Positions 19,285 to 28,098 of a stretch of DNA of 64,000 nt are shown here, one piece after another (the first letter of the stretch is position 1; each line of letters opens with the position of its first letter). A model generated the notes under the pieces. It was given only the letters and a program-made list of their open reading frames with translations. It did no database searches and was not told the DNA's origin. The stretch comes from Kiritimatiellia bacterium (GTDB lineage Bacteria; Verrucomicrobiota; Kiritimatiellia; JAAZAB01): assembly GCA_040767085.1 (NCBI GenBank), contig JAXGPF010000003.1, forward strand, positions 32,001 through 96,000, given 5' to 3'. Made by a program: the position numbers and the translations under genes.

Positions 19285-20412
19285 TCAGGCAGACGGTTTC
19301 CGGCGGACCGCCGGGACTTCGCGCAAGCCCCGGGCATTATGCGTGAAGCGCCCGGGGATATACCGGCAGGCGTCTACATAACGTAACACTTCTTCAAACA
19401 TGGTCAACCCGATATCCAGGATTTCATCGAAAGTGTATGGCGCGCGCTGCAATCCATGCGGGAATTCGAAGGCCAGCGGCAAGGCGCCGGACGCGTGGTA
19501 CAAGGCCGTGGGCAAATTAAAATAGTCAAGCTCGCCCGGCCCGGTAACAGGCGGCGCCGCCGGCCGCAGGCCTTCGCGCCGGTGGCGCTCGGCCACCAGC
19601 GCGCGGATTTGCGCCTGGTGATACTGGCAGCGCTGCGGCACAAAGGCGTTGGGCGCGGCAATCCACGGCCCCGGTCCGTGCGTATGCAGCACCATGACGC
19701 AGTCCGGCGTTTCGGCGCGCGCCAGGTCCAGCAACGCGGCGGTTTCCGGCGCCAGGCGCGCCGACATGAACTCGTCCAGGTCAAGATTGACGCCCGCGTC
19801 ATTGAAATACCCGCCCAGAAACTCGACCAGATCCGGGGACACGGGCGTATGGCGCAAAAACCATTCCCAGGACGGTTTTATGTTTTTGTCGCGCGGCTGC
19901 CCCTGGCTGTAATAAGTGGCTTCATCAGCCGTAGCGCCGTTCAGGTGGCGCACGGCGCTGCGTATCCTCCCGTCCGGCTGCGCGATCGGCGCCAGCACCA
20001 GGCGCATGCCGGCCGCCAGGTCCCGCAGGGCCTCCCACTGGCGGCCACGCAAGTCGGCGCCCTGTTCCAGTATGTTAACCAGGTTCAGGCAGGCCGCGCA
20101 ACCTTCCACTTCCGCGCCATGGATGGTGGATATGATCAACATCACCGGCCGGCGGCGTTGATCCGGATCGAAAAAATCTTCCAGGTGGCCGCCCAGGATG
20201 GCGCTGTTCATCTGCGACCGGCGCTCAATCGGCTCTTTTTCCCCGTAAGCAACCGCGCGCAACGGGCGGCCGCCCTGGGAACAGCCGGCTTCAAACACGT
20301 TGCCGGCGCGCAATCCGCTTAAAAACGCGTTCACCTCGTCCCAGCCGGTAATCCAGAAATCCGGCGCGGACATGAATTCCGCCCGGCGGATTGTTTCTGC
20401 TGAGGTCTGCAT
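19285..20412 (-). CDS. M14 family zinc carboxypeptidase-like protein
   Basis: HGAE (HxxE) zinc motif, PDGR, GVNL, VLHTH. Confidence 0.75.
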   Translation of the reverse strand: MQTSAETIRRAEFMSAPDFWITGWDEVNAFLSGLRAGNVFEAGCSQGGRPLRAVAYGEKEPIERRSQMNSAILGGHLEDFFDPDQRRRPVMLIISTIHGAEVEGCAACLNLVNILEQGADLRGRQWEALRDLAAGMRLVLAPIAQPDGRIRSAVRHLNGATADEATYYSQGQPRDKNIKPSWEWFLRHTPVSPDLVEFLGGYFNDAGVNLDLDEFMSARLAPETAALLDLARAETPDCVMVLHTHGPGPWIAAPNAFVPQRCQYHQAQIRALVAERHRREGLRPAAPPVTGPGELDYFNLPTALYHASGALPLAFEFPHGLQRAPYTFDEILDIGLTMFEEVLRYVDACRYIPGRFTHNARGLREVPAVRRKPSA

Positions 20413-20424
20413 ATTAATTCCTCC

Positions 20425-21387
20425 CTAAAACCCTTGCGCCACGCGCGCGCGGCGCAAGGCGCGGGTCCTGGCAAACAAATCGTCAATCGACTCGACTTGG
20501 AATTCATTAAAAACATCCGCGGCGGTCATATCCGTCCGGTCGCAGCAAACCAGGTGCCATGGCTCGCCTTCCACATGCTCGAACCGCACCGCATCGCCGT
20601 ACTTGCGCTTGACCGCAACCGGGAACGGTTCCGGCAGGTTCCGCGGCGTGACATGATAAACCCGGAAGTCGAGGTTGATCCGCGCGGAAATAAAAGTTCC
20701 GCGCTCCAAAGTTTTGGCGATGATTCCTCCGATCGGACTGACGACGTAAGCCGCGCCGTTTTCCACCGCGCTGGCGATGTACATCCGGCAATCGCGGGCG
20801 TAGGACGGCAGGTGCGTCCCGCCATGCATGGACGACAGGAAACAGCAGAGTTCCACCTTTTGTTGCCGGTAAAACTCAAACAACTCCGGGAAATTCAAAT
20901 CGAAGCAGACGGCGATGCCGATCCGCCCGAAATCGGTGTCGAAAGTGACGGGCGTTTCGCCGGGGGTAACCTCGTATTTTTCCATCTCGTTCGGGGTGGG
21001 AAATATCTTGTCGTAAATACCCGCCACCCGGCCGGCGCGGTCAAACAGCACGCCGGAATTGAACAAGCGGCCGGTTGCCGGATCAAGCCGCAACATGCCG
21101 GCGGCGATATACATGTTGTATTGCCTGGCCTTGCGTGACAAAAAGTCCTGGGTATATCCTTGGCCGGGGACAGGCTCCGCCAGTTCCCGGCCGGACATCA
21201 CGCGGCCGGCGCCGTCCATTAATGCGTTGGACATGAATTGTTCGGGCAGCAGCATTATATCCGGCTTGTCTAAAGCGGCGCGATCCATCAATATTTCCCA
21301 TATCTCGCGCACGCGGTCGCGCCCCTTGCGCACGTCGTTGACATTGTTGATATACCAGCAGGTTGACACTTTTACCCAACGCGCCAT
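20425..21387 (-). CDS. carbon-nitrogen hydrolase (nitrilase family)
   Basis: E-K-C triad in LLPE, YDK and IAVCFD. ATG at 21387 follows a GGAGGGG RBS. The longer ORF-track start runs through a repeat element. Confidence 0.88.
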   Translation of the reverse strand: MARWVKVSTCWYINNVNDVRKGRDRVREIWEILMDRAALDKPDIMLLPEQFMSNALMDGAGRVMSGRELAEPVPGQGYTQDFLSRKARQYNMYIAAGMLRLDPATGRLFNSGVLFDRAGRVAGIYDKIFPTPNEMEKYEVTPGETPVTFDTDFGRIGIAVCFDLNFPELFEFYRQQKVELCCFLSSMHGGTHLPSYARDCRMYIASAVENGAAYVVSPIGGIIAKTLERGTFISARINLDFRVYHVTPRNLPEPFPVAVKRKYGDAVRFEHVEGEPWHLVCCDRTDMTAADVFNEFQVESIDDLFARTRALRRARVAQGF

Positions 21388-21454
21388 TTTCCCCTCCCCC
21401 AAGCGGCACACCGGCCGCAGTTTAAAACAAAACCGGAACTGGATTTTCGGCCAA

Positions 21455-21730
21455 TTCTCTTTTCCATGCGTTCCTTGCGCTCTTTCGTGGATAAATTTAC
21501 AAGGCGGCCTGCGGCCACAATCCGGCAGCCGCCGGACCGCGTCGAAAGTGCAGGCTACAAGTGAATGTGTAATTTGATCCGGAACCAATCCGGAATCATC
21601 TGCCTCCGGCCGGCTATGCCGGACTGACTGCACCTGCACCTGTCGCCTTCACCTTCACTGTGCCTTAAACTACAGTAACTGCCCTCCAGTTTTTCTTGTT
21701 ATTTTGGGCAGTTACTGTGGTTTAAGGCAC
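21455..21730. repeat. composite intergenic repeat element, copy A
   Basis: Shares colinear blocks with 26836-27110: gcgttccttgcg, acaaggcggcctgcggccacaa, gaccgcgtcgaaa, gtgcaggctacaagtgaatgt, aatcatctgcc, gtgccttaaact.cagtaactgccctcca. Confidence 0.85.
21660..21730. repeat. 25-bp inverted repeat (MITE-like or terminator hairpin) abutting the GH95-like stop codon
   Basis: gtgccttaaactacagtaactgccc (21660-21684) versus gggcagttactgtggtttaaggcac (21706-21730); one mismatch. Confidence 0.8.
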
Positions 21731-24111
21731 TAAAACACCGGGACGTTCTTGAGCCCAAACCAGTTGTCGCCTTCGACGCGCGCGCCAGCGCCGGCGCTGC
21801 CCGCAACCGGAAGAACCGGCTCCAGCCGGATGTTTTCACCGGCTTGCAGTTTCAACTCCAGCATCTCGCCCTCCAACACCATGTTCCCAGCCCGCACGGC
21901 GCCGCCAAACATATTTTTCAACTTCACCCGGCCGCCGGTATTGGCCTGTAATTCAATCCAGGCAGTATGGCCGGCGCGGCGTTCGGCCGAGACCAGGACA
22001 TTGCCTTCCGCCAGCAGGTTATGGAATGAAACATCGGCCCAGAATTCCGGCACAGCCGGGAATACCCGGATCACGCCGCCCCAGCTTTGCAGCAGCATCT
22101 CCAGGATTGCCGCCGCCGCAGAGAATCCGCCATCCACTGCCGTGATTTCGAAAGTGAAGCGGGAAACCCCGAAACGCCGCGGATCGCCATGCCGCACCAT
22201 GGAATTTGGGGCAATCAGATGAAAATAATCCTGCAGCCATTTCCAGGCCATATGCGGATATCCGGCGCGCGCCGCCACCAGCGCGTAGGCGGTGAAGCCA
22301 TGCCCGCACCACTCGCCCGTGCCCAGTTCCTGAATCCGCATCATGGATTTGTCGATCCGGGCGCGATCGCGCTCCGAGCCTTCAATGTTTAATTCCTCCA
22401 GCGGATAAACGCCCAGCAAATGGCAATGATGCCGGTGCGATTTTTTCAGCGGCATGTCCAGCGCGACATAAATTTCCTTTTCGCCCGGATAATCGTAAAG
22501 CTCTCCCAAAACTTTACGGTAGCCGGCGCGGTCGGGATCCGGCAGATCGAGGACCTGTTCGGATTCCAGCAATGCCCGGCAGACGAACCGGACCAAGGCC
22601 GCCTCAAACGCCGTATCCTTCTGCCAGACCTCCGGGGTGCATTCCATGTATTCCGGCGAATGCGAAATCGGCAGATGCAATTTGCCGTCCGCGCCCTGCT
22701 CAAGGATATGATTATAAACGCGCCAGCATCCCTTGAGCAGCGGCACAACCCGCGTGCGCAAAAATTCCAGATCGCGGCTGTAGCGGTAATGCAGCCAGTA
22801 ATTGTGGGTCAGCCAGGGCAACATCGCGCCGAAGACGCCCAGCGGATCCCATCCGTGCGGTTCCGGACGCCGGGCCAGATCGGCCTTCGCGCTGCACATA
22901 GCCATGCCGTTCAGCCCCAGCGAGCTGGAAGTCCACAATCCATCAATCCCGAAAAACTTTTTGCAATTCTCGCGGAAGCGCGGGACCATTTTCCAGAATG
23001 TTTCATAAAGCGAAACCCCCATATCCAGATGGTTTGACGTCAGCACCAGCCAATAGGACGCCTGGACATTCCAGTCCAGATGATAATCATTCCAGCAATA
23101 GGGCATTACCTGATCATGCGGCCAGACGCCGCACAGCGGGATGGCCGCGCCATCCGGCCGGCTGCAGGATCCCAATTTGTAGAGTTCAACGTAATACAGG
23201 TTCTCCAGTTTCTTGTCCGGCAAAGTGATTGACGATTTTTTCCAGTAAGCGCGCCACCAGGCGCAATGTTCCTGCCTTAACGTGTCATATGCGGGCGCTT
23301 GATGCAGCAGATGTTGCGCCGCATCCAGCGGCGCGGCCGCATCGTGCCGGGAAAGGATGGACAATAAAAGCTCATCGCCGCGCCGCCGCCAGGCAATCAC
23401 ATACTCGCCGCCGCCGGGCATTAACTGGCGCACCCAATCAACACCATGCGCTTGCCCGTGTGCCAGGGGCGGATAACCCCAGGCGGGTGAAAACAGGATA
23501 TCCTCCGGCCAACCCCAAACGGCGCCCATGGATTTCGAGTCCGAACCGATGGACGGATCGGTTTTCGCGACATAATTCACGTTGATCACCGCTTCTAATG
23601 GCAGGCCTTTTATGATGAAAAGCTTGCGGGAAGCATGGGCAAACGCCTGCCAGCCTGCCTCAGCCGGACATTTTGCCGCCGGCGGGCTGGCCGTCTGCCA
23701 GGTGGCATCGGCAAGGCGCAACCGTCCGCCGGCAAAAGGCATGGCGGTTATTTCCATGCGCGGCAGCGGGATGCGCGTGGGATATGGGTGGTCGGAACGT
23801 TTGCTGCCGACCGGCAGGGCCGAGCAGGCATGGTTGATTTCGCCCCATTTTTTCTGTTCCGCCAGTTTACGGACATGATTGTAATTGTAATGCCCCGGGT
23901 CTTTCAGCGTCTCGCGCATTTCCCAGATACTTGGGTTGTCCAGCGTCAGGCGCAACGGCCGGCCATCACCCCAGAGCATGGCGCCCAGGTAGCCGTTGCC
24001 AAGCGGTATGCCGTCAAACCACCGCATCGGCGCGCGTTCATATGTCAAATCGTGATTTTTGATGTTCAGAGCTACCTCGCCGTATTCATCAACGGGATTA
24101 AAGCGCCGCAA
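21730..24111 (-). CDS. GH95-like glycoside hydrolase (alpha-L-fucosidase-like)
   Basis: GIPLGNG.LGAM.WG, DYHLDWNVQ..YW, SHSPEY, HRHHCHLLGVYP, EMLLQS.GGVIRVFPA.P motifs. Exact start uncertain. Confidence 0.8.
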   Translation of the reverse strand: MRRFNPVDEYGEVALNIKNHDLTYERAPMRWFDGIPLGNGYLGAMLWGDGRPLRLTLDNPSIWEMRETLKDPGHYNYNHVRKLAEQKKWGEINHACSALPVGSKRSDHPYPTRIPLPRMEITAMPFAGGRLRLADATWQTASPPAAKCPAEAGWQAFAHASRKLFIIKGLPLEAVINVNYVAKTDPSIGSDSKSMGAVWGWPEDILFSPAWGYPPLAHGQAHGVDWVRQLMPGGGEYVIAWRRRGDELLLSILSRHDAAAPLDAAQHLLHQAPAYDTLRQEHCAWWRAYWKKSSITLPDKKLENLYYVELYKLGSCSRPDGAAIPLCGVWPHDQVMPYCWNDYHLDWNVQASYWLVLTSNHLDMGVSLYETFWKMVPRFRENCKKFFGIDGLWTSSSLGLNGMAMCSAKADLARRPEPHGWDPLGVFGAMLPWLTHNYWLHYRYSRDLEFLRTRVVPLLKGCWRVYNHILEQGADGKLHLPISHSPEYMECTPEVWQKDTAFEAALVRFVCRALLESEQVLDLPDPDRAGYRKVLGELYDYPGEKEIYVALDMPLKKSHRHHCHLLGVYPLEELNIEGSERDRARIDKSMMRIQELGTGEWCGHGFTAYALVAARAGYPHMAWKWLQDYFHLIAPNSMVRHGDPRRFGVSRFTFEITAVDGGFSAAAAILEMLLQSWGGVIRVFPAVPEFWADVSFHNLLAEGNVLVSAERRAGHTAWIELQANTGGRVKLKNMFGGAVRAGNMVLEGEMLELKLQAGENIRLEPVLPVAGSAGAGARVEGDNWFGLKNVPVF

Positions 24112-24476
24112 ACCAACTCCTCCAGAACGGCATTGCCGGCTTCGGTCAGGTGCACGCCGTCATCCAGAGTGTAATGATTTTTGGGAGCGTGGGCCATGCG
24201 TTCGCGCAGCACCTTATCGAAATCAACCAGCGGGAAAGAATGTATGAAATCAGGGTTATGCGCCAGCACATCGCGATCCAAGCGCTGCATGGCCTCGCGG
24301 GCGGAATTGCCGCCCACGCCGGCATTGACCACATTGAACTTCTTGTCCGGGAACATTTCGGACAAAGACCGTTGCAAAACATTCAGCCAGCGTTTGCTCT
24401 CATCCGGCATCCGGGTGGAGGCCGCGGTGATCGAATTGCCGAATCCCACGATTGTTATCTGTGCCGGATTGTTCAT
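24072..24476 (-). pseudogene. SGNH/GDSL hydrolase, probably internally deleted
   Basis: Blocks I (FGNSIT), II (NAGVGGN) and V (DGVHL) are present. Block III (GxND) and the central region are missing; only 134 aa. Confidence 0.55.
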
Positions 24477-24595
24477 TGTCACCTGTTTCATTTGCATGCC
24501 GGGCTTTTTGCGCGGATTAATGCAAGGCAACTGCCAATCAATATTTCCTGTTTTGTTGGGGGAGTTGCCGTAGCTGAAGGCAATAACGGCAATTC

Positions 24596-25687
24596 CTATT
24601 CCATCCCGATTTTTTCCAGCAGGGCGATCACATTCCGGGCCGTTTGCTCATCCTGGCATCCAGCCACATGCAGGAAGGCGCCCTCGCGCGGGATTTGCCG
24701 GAGCAATTCCTCAACTCTTTCCGGCGGCGTGTAAATCAGCGCCTTGCGGCCGGATTCGATGATGCGTCGGAACAAGCCAATCCACTTCAAGGGATCGCGG
24801 GGGATTTTGTCGCAGGCCTTGGTCACCGGAACGAACTGGATCATCTTGATCGCGTCAATTTCGAGCAGAGCATCCAGATGCTTGATCTGCTCTTCGCCGT
24901 CCAGGTGGTAAATGCCATAATCCACATGCTCAAAAAACCGGCGCATTTCCTCCGCCACCAGGTCACGGAACATGCCGGGAGAAATCATCACGCAAAGATC
25001 GCACTGGTTGCTGGCCACCCGGCCCGGCGCCCAGACCTGCATGCCGTCCATCGTGCCGTCCTGAAACGGCTGCAGCAGATTAGAAAGCGCATCGTAAGTT
25101 TCCAGCGCCCAACTTATAATCCGATCCCGCAACGCGCGTATTTCTTCCGGATGTTCCAGCATGGCCAGCAGCGTGGCTTCCGTGCCGATCAATTCGGCGA
25201 TCAGGTCGAACGCGGCGCCGATCGAACTGCCCTTGGTCACCAGGTAACGCCCCCGGGCATGTTCCGCCGACCGGCGCACGATTTCCTGGGTCAACCGCCA
25301 CCACTGGTTGGCACGGTCAAATTCCAGGTTCTTTAACTCGGTAAAATCGGCATATGGTTGTTTGTACCACGTGGTGTGGGCCTCAAACACCGGCGCGCAG
25401 CCCAGGTAGGCACAGCAGAACATCGGCCCCATGTAAACCATGTGATTCGGAAACGCCTCCGCGCCCCAGAACCTGGATTCAATAAAGCAATCCGCATTGT
25501 GCAAAACGGTGTCGGGATCAATATACTTGGCGGGAACGTCCGGGCGCGATTTGCGCCGGACAACCCCGGCCCGCGGCGCCAGCACATAAGCCGGAACCCG
25601 GTCCGTCCGCCGGCCGGCCCACCAGGAGGTCATTCGTTGGCGCGCTTCGCGCCAATCCGGTTTGTATTCCGCCATGCGATTATCCAT
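24596..25687 (-). CDS. uroporphyrinogen decarboxylase/MtaA-like TIM-barrel protein
   Basis: QCD...MISP.MF, IYHLDG...HLD.LLEID motifs. TAATG overlap with the upstream gene. Confidence 0.65.
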   Translation of the reverse strand: MDNRMAEYKPDWREARQRMTSWWAGRRTDRVPAYVLAPRAGVVRRKSRPDVPAKYIDPDTVLHNADCFIESRFWGAEAFPNHMVYMGPMFCCAYLGCAPVFEAHTTWYKQPYADFTELKNLEFDRANQWWRLTQEIVRRSAEHARGRYLVTKGSSIGAAFDLIAELIGTEATLLAMLEHPEEIRALRDRIISWALETYDALSNLLQPFQDGTMDGMQVWAPGRVASNQCDLCVMISPGMFRDLVAEEMRRFFEHVDYGIYHLDGEEQIKHLDALLEIDAIKMIQFVPVTKACDKIPRDPLKWIGLFRRIIESGRKALIYTPPERVEELLRQIPREGAFLHVAGCQDEQTARNVIALLEKIGME

Positions 25688-26742
25688 TACACGCTCCGGA
25701 AGCGGTTGCCGGCCTGCTGGTGGCACTTTTCCACCACGGCCATTACGCGCCGGACGCTTTCCGGCGTGACGGCCAGCGGCGCGCCTTCGCGCAGGCTGGC
25801 ATAGACTGACTTATAATACCAGGGCATCGGGTGCGGCGCCCTGGCGCCGGACCAGTGCGCGGTCTGCCAGGGCAGTTTTTCCTCGTCGTCCCGGCGATTG
25901 AACAGGCGGTCGGCCGGGGCGCAGCGTTCGACGGTCTGCGGCGGAAACTGTTCGGCCGCCAGGTATTTCCAGGTCAACTCCCCGCAACTGCCCCATAAAG
26001 TGCCCAGCGTGCCCATCACCAGCCAGGCATGGACCGGGGCGGCGCAGGTGGATGAAATTTCCATGTCAATCACCGGCTCGTCCGGCGCGCACAGCATGAG
26101 TTTCACATGATCGTCGGCATCGCCGAGCGCCATGGTCAAATCCATGCGGCAAAATACCTCCGGCGCGGGATGTTTGATCAACTGCAAAAGCTGATCCAAA
26201 AGGTGGATGCCGTTATTGTTCAGGCGGCCGCCGCCGAATTCCTTGAGGGTCTGCCAGTCCCAGCGCCGGCCGAAATAGCTGGAGGTCCGGCGAATCTGGA
26301 CAATGCGGCCCAGGCAGCCGGAATCAATCACCTCGCGCACCTTGCGGAAGTCGGCGGCAAAGCGCTGCTGCTGGTAAATTGTGAGCGGATTTCCGGTGCG
26401 CTTGGCGGCCGCGATCATCGCGTCGGCCTCGGCCAGGCTGCGCGACATGGGCTTGTCGCAGACCACGGCTTTCCCGGCTTCCAGGGCGGTAATGGCGTTT
26501 TCCCGGTGCAGGTGGGTAGGCGTGGCTATAACTACCAGTTCCACCTCCTTATCCGCCGCCAATTCCGCGCAGTTCGCGTAAGCCTTGCAATTGAATTTTT
26601 CCCGGGCTTCCTGCTGGCGTTCCGGCAGGTTGTCGGCGATCGCAACGACTTCGAACATTTCCGGCAAACGCTGCATGCAGGTTGCATGCGGCAGGCCGAT
26701 CCGGCCGAATCCCACCACCCCCGCTTTGATTGGTTTGCTCAT
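25687..26742 (-). CDS. Gfo/Idh/MocA family oxidoreductase
   Basis: GVVGFGRIG, ATPTHLH, CDKP, GGG.L...GIH.LD motifs. Confidence 0.9.
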   Translation of the reverse strand: MSKPIKAGVVGFGRIGLPHATCMQRLPEMFEVVAIADNLPERQQEAREKFNCKAYANCAELAADKEVELVVIATPTHLHRENAITALEAGKAVVCDKPMSRSLAEADAMIAAAKRTGNPLTIYQQQRFAADFRKVREVIDSGCLGRIVQIRRTSSYFGRRWDWQTLKEFGGGRLNNNGIHLLDQLLQLIKHPAPEVFCRMDLTMALGDADDHVKLMLCAPDEPVIDMEISSTCAAPVHAWLVMGTLGTLWGSCGELTWKYLAAEQFPPQTVERCAPADRLFNRRDDEEKLPWQTAHWSGARAPHPMPWYYKSVYASLREGAPLAVTPESVRRVMAVVEKCHQQAGNRFRSV

Positions 26743-26760
26743 TTAGTCCTTTGCATCTCT

Positions 26761-27110
26761 GAATGAATTCACCACAAAAGATCACACAGAACACAAAGAA
26801 CCAGTTGAAAAAGGTTCTGTTTTCATGATTTTGCTTTCTTTGGCGTTCCTTGCGTTTTTTCGCGGTGAATCATTCACAAGGCGGCCTGCGGCCACAACCA
26901 AAGAGGCCGCAGACCGCGTCGAAAGCTTGCCACCCTCTTGTGTGGCGGTGCAGGCTACAAGTGAATGTATAATTTGATCTGAAATCATCTGCCCCGCTTG
27001 CGGTCTAACTGCACTTGTAGCTTGCACTTTAACATTCACCGTGCCTTAAACTGCAGTAACTGCCCTCCAATTTATCTTGTTTTTTTTGGCAGGTACTGTG
27101 GTTTAAAGCA
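26761..27110. repeat. composite intergenic repeat element, copy B
   Basis: Imperfect hairpin of 9-mer units at 26761-26875. Inverted pair gtgcaggctacaagtg/cacttgtagcttgcac. Terminal IR at 27041-27110 is homologous to 21660-21730. Confidence 0.85.
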
Positions 27111-28007
27111 TTAATTATCCCGGTACCACCGCGCAAATTCCGCGCCATCCGGGCCGTCATCCAGGCTTAAATCATCCAGGCTGACCCATCCGGCAGAACC
27201 GCGCGCCTGGTGTACGGCAATCATCAGCGCGGCGGTCTCTACGGTGGCGCTGAACGGGATCGGCGGCTGGCGGGTTTCAATCATCTGCGCGAACCGATGC
27301 AAAATATTAAAATAACCGCCGCACTTGCCCAGGATTCTGGCCGGTTTATCCTTGGTAAACACCGCAAAATGCAGCGGCCGGGCGCATTCCAGGCGCAGCC
27401 AGACCGTCAGCCCATCGCGGTACACCAGTTCATAAAGCTCCCTGCCGCTCCCTGCCTGCCGCACTTTGCCTGCGCCGCCGCCCAGCACGGCATGGATCGT
27501 CTCCACCGTATGAATGCCATAATAAAAAAACGTGCCCGGGCCGCAGGCGAAGGCGGAGTCAAGCTGACCGCGGATGGGCGCCAGTTCATCCCGCATGACA
27601 ATTACCGCATCGTCGTAGCGCACGCCGGACCCGCCCATCAGGGGGGCGCCGGCGGCATCGGCCAGACGTTGCAGTTCACGTCCATCGCGCAACCGTCCGA
27701 ACACCGGCTTGTCAATGAACACCGGCACTCCCGCCTCCAATAGCGGGCGGGCGCGTTCCAGGTGTTTATCCCAATCCACGCTGAGAATCATGGCGGCATC
27801 CACATTACCCGGCATATCTTCCGGGCCGGACAGAACCAGGGGTATGCCGTGTTCCCGGGCAAATGCCTGGGCGTAATCCGGCGGCCGCACATCTCCGCCA
27901 TCGCATACCGCCACAATTTCAAATCCGCCATGCTCCCGCATGGCCTTCAGGAACGACGCCGGATGCGATGAATCCAGATCCACCAGCCCTATGCGATGCT
28001 TTTTCAT
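27111..28007 (-). CDS. Gfo/Idh/MocA family oxidoreductase
   Basis: IGLVDLDSSH, H...ARP.LEAG.PVFIDKP, YYGIH motifs. Confidence 0.85.
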   Translation of the reverse strand: MKKHRIGLVDLDSSHPASFLKAMREHGGFEIVAVCDGGDVRPPDYAQAFAREHGIPLVLSGPEDMPGNVDAAMILSVDWDKHLERARPLLEAGVPVFIDKPVFGRLRDGRELQRLADAAGAPLMGGSGVRYDDAVIVMRDELAPIRGQLDSAFACGPGTFFYYGIHTVETIHAVLGGGAGKVRQAGSGRELYELVYRDGLTVWLRLECARPLHFAVFTKDKPARILGKCGGYFNILHRFAQMIETRQPPIPFSATVETAALMIAVHQARGSAGWVSLDDLSLDDGPDGAEFARWYRDN

Positions 28008-28098
28008 GAATTTATTCGATTAATAGCGTAAACACAAAAACAGCAAAACGCAACTGTTTATTTACGTATCACCCTGTGCGGCTATGCCGGAATCAAAA

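Noticed and set aside
21388-21639. N-terminal extension of the nitrilase ORF, and similar small ORF 26782-27039 (shared DQI.HSLVACT)
   Set aside because: The similarity comes from the composite repeat element. The nitrilase has a strong RBS and ATG at 21387.
18777-27110. CRISPR array
   Set aside because: The repeats are short-period or two-copy, with no regular repeat-spacer structure and no cas genes.
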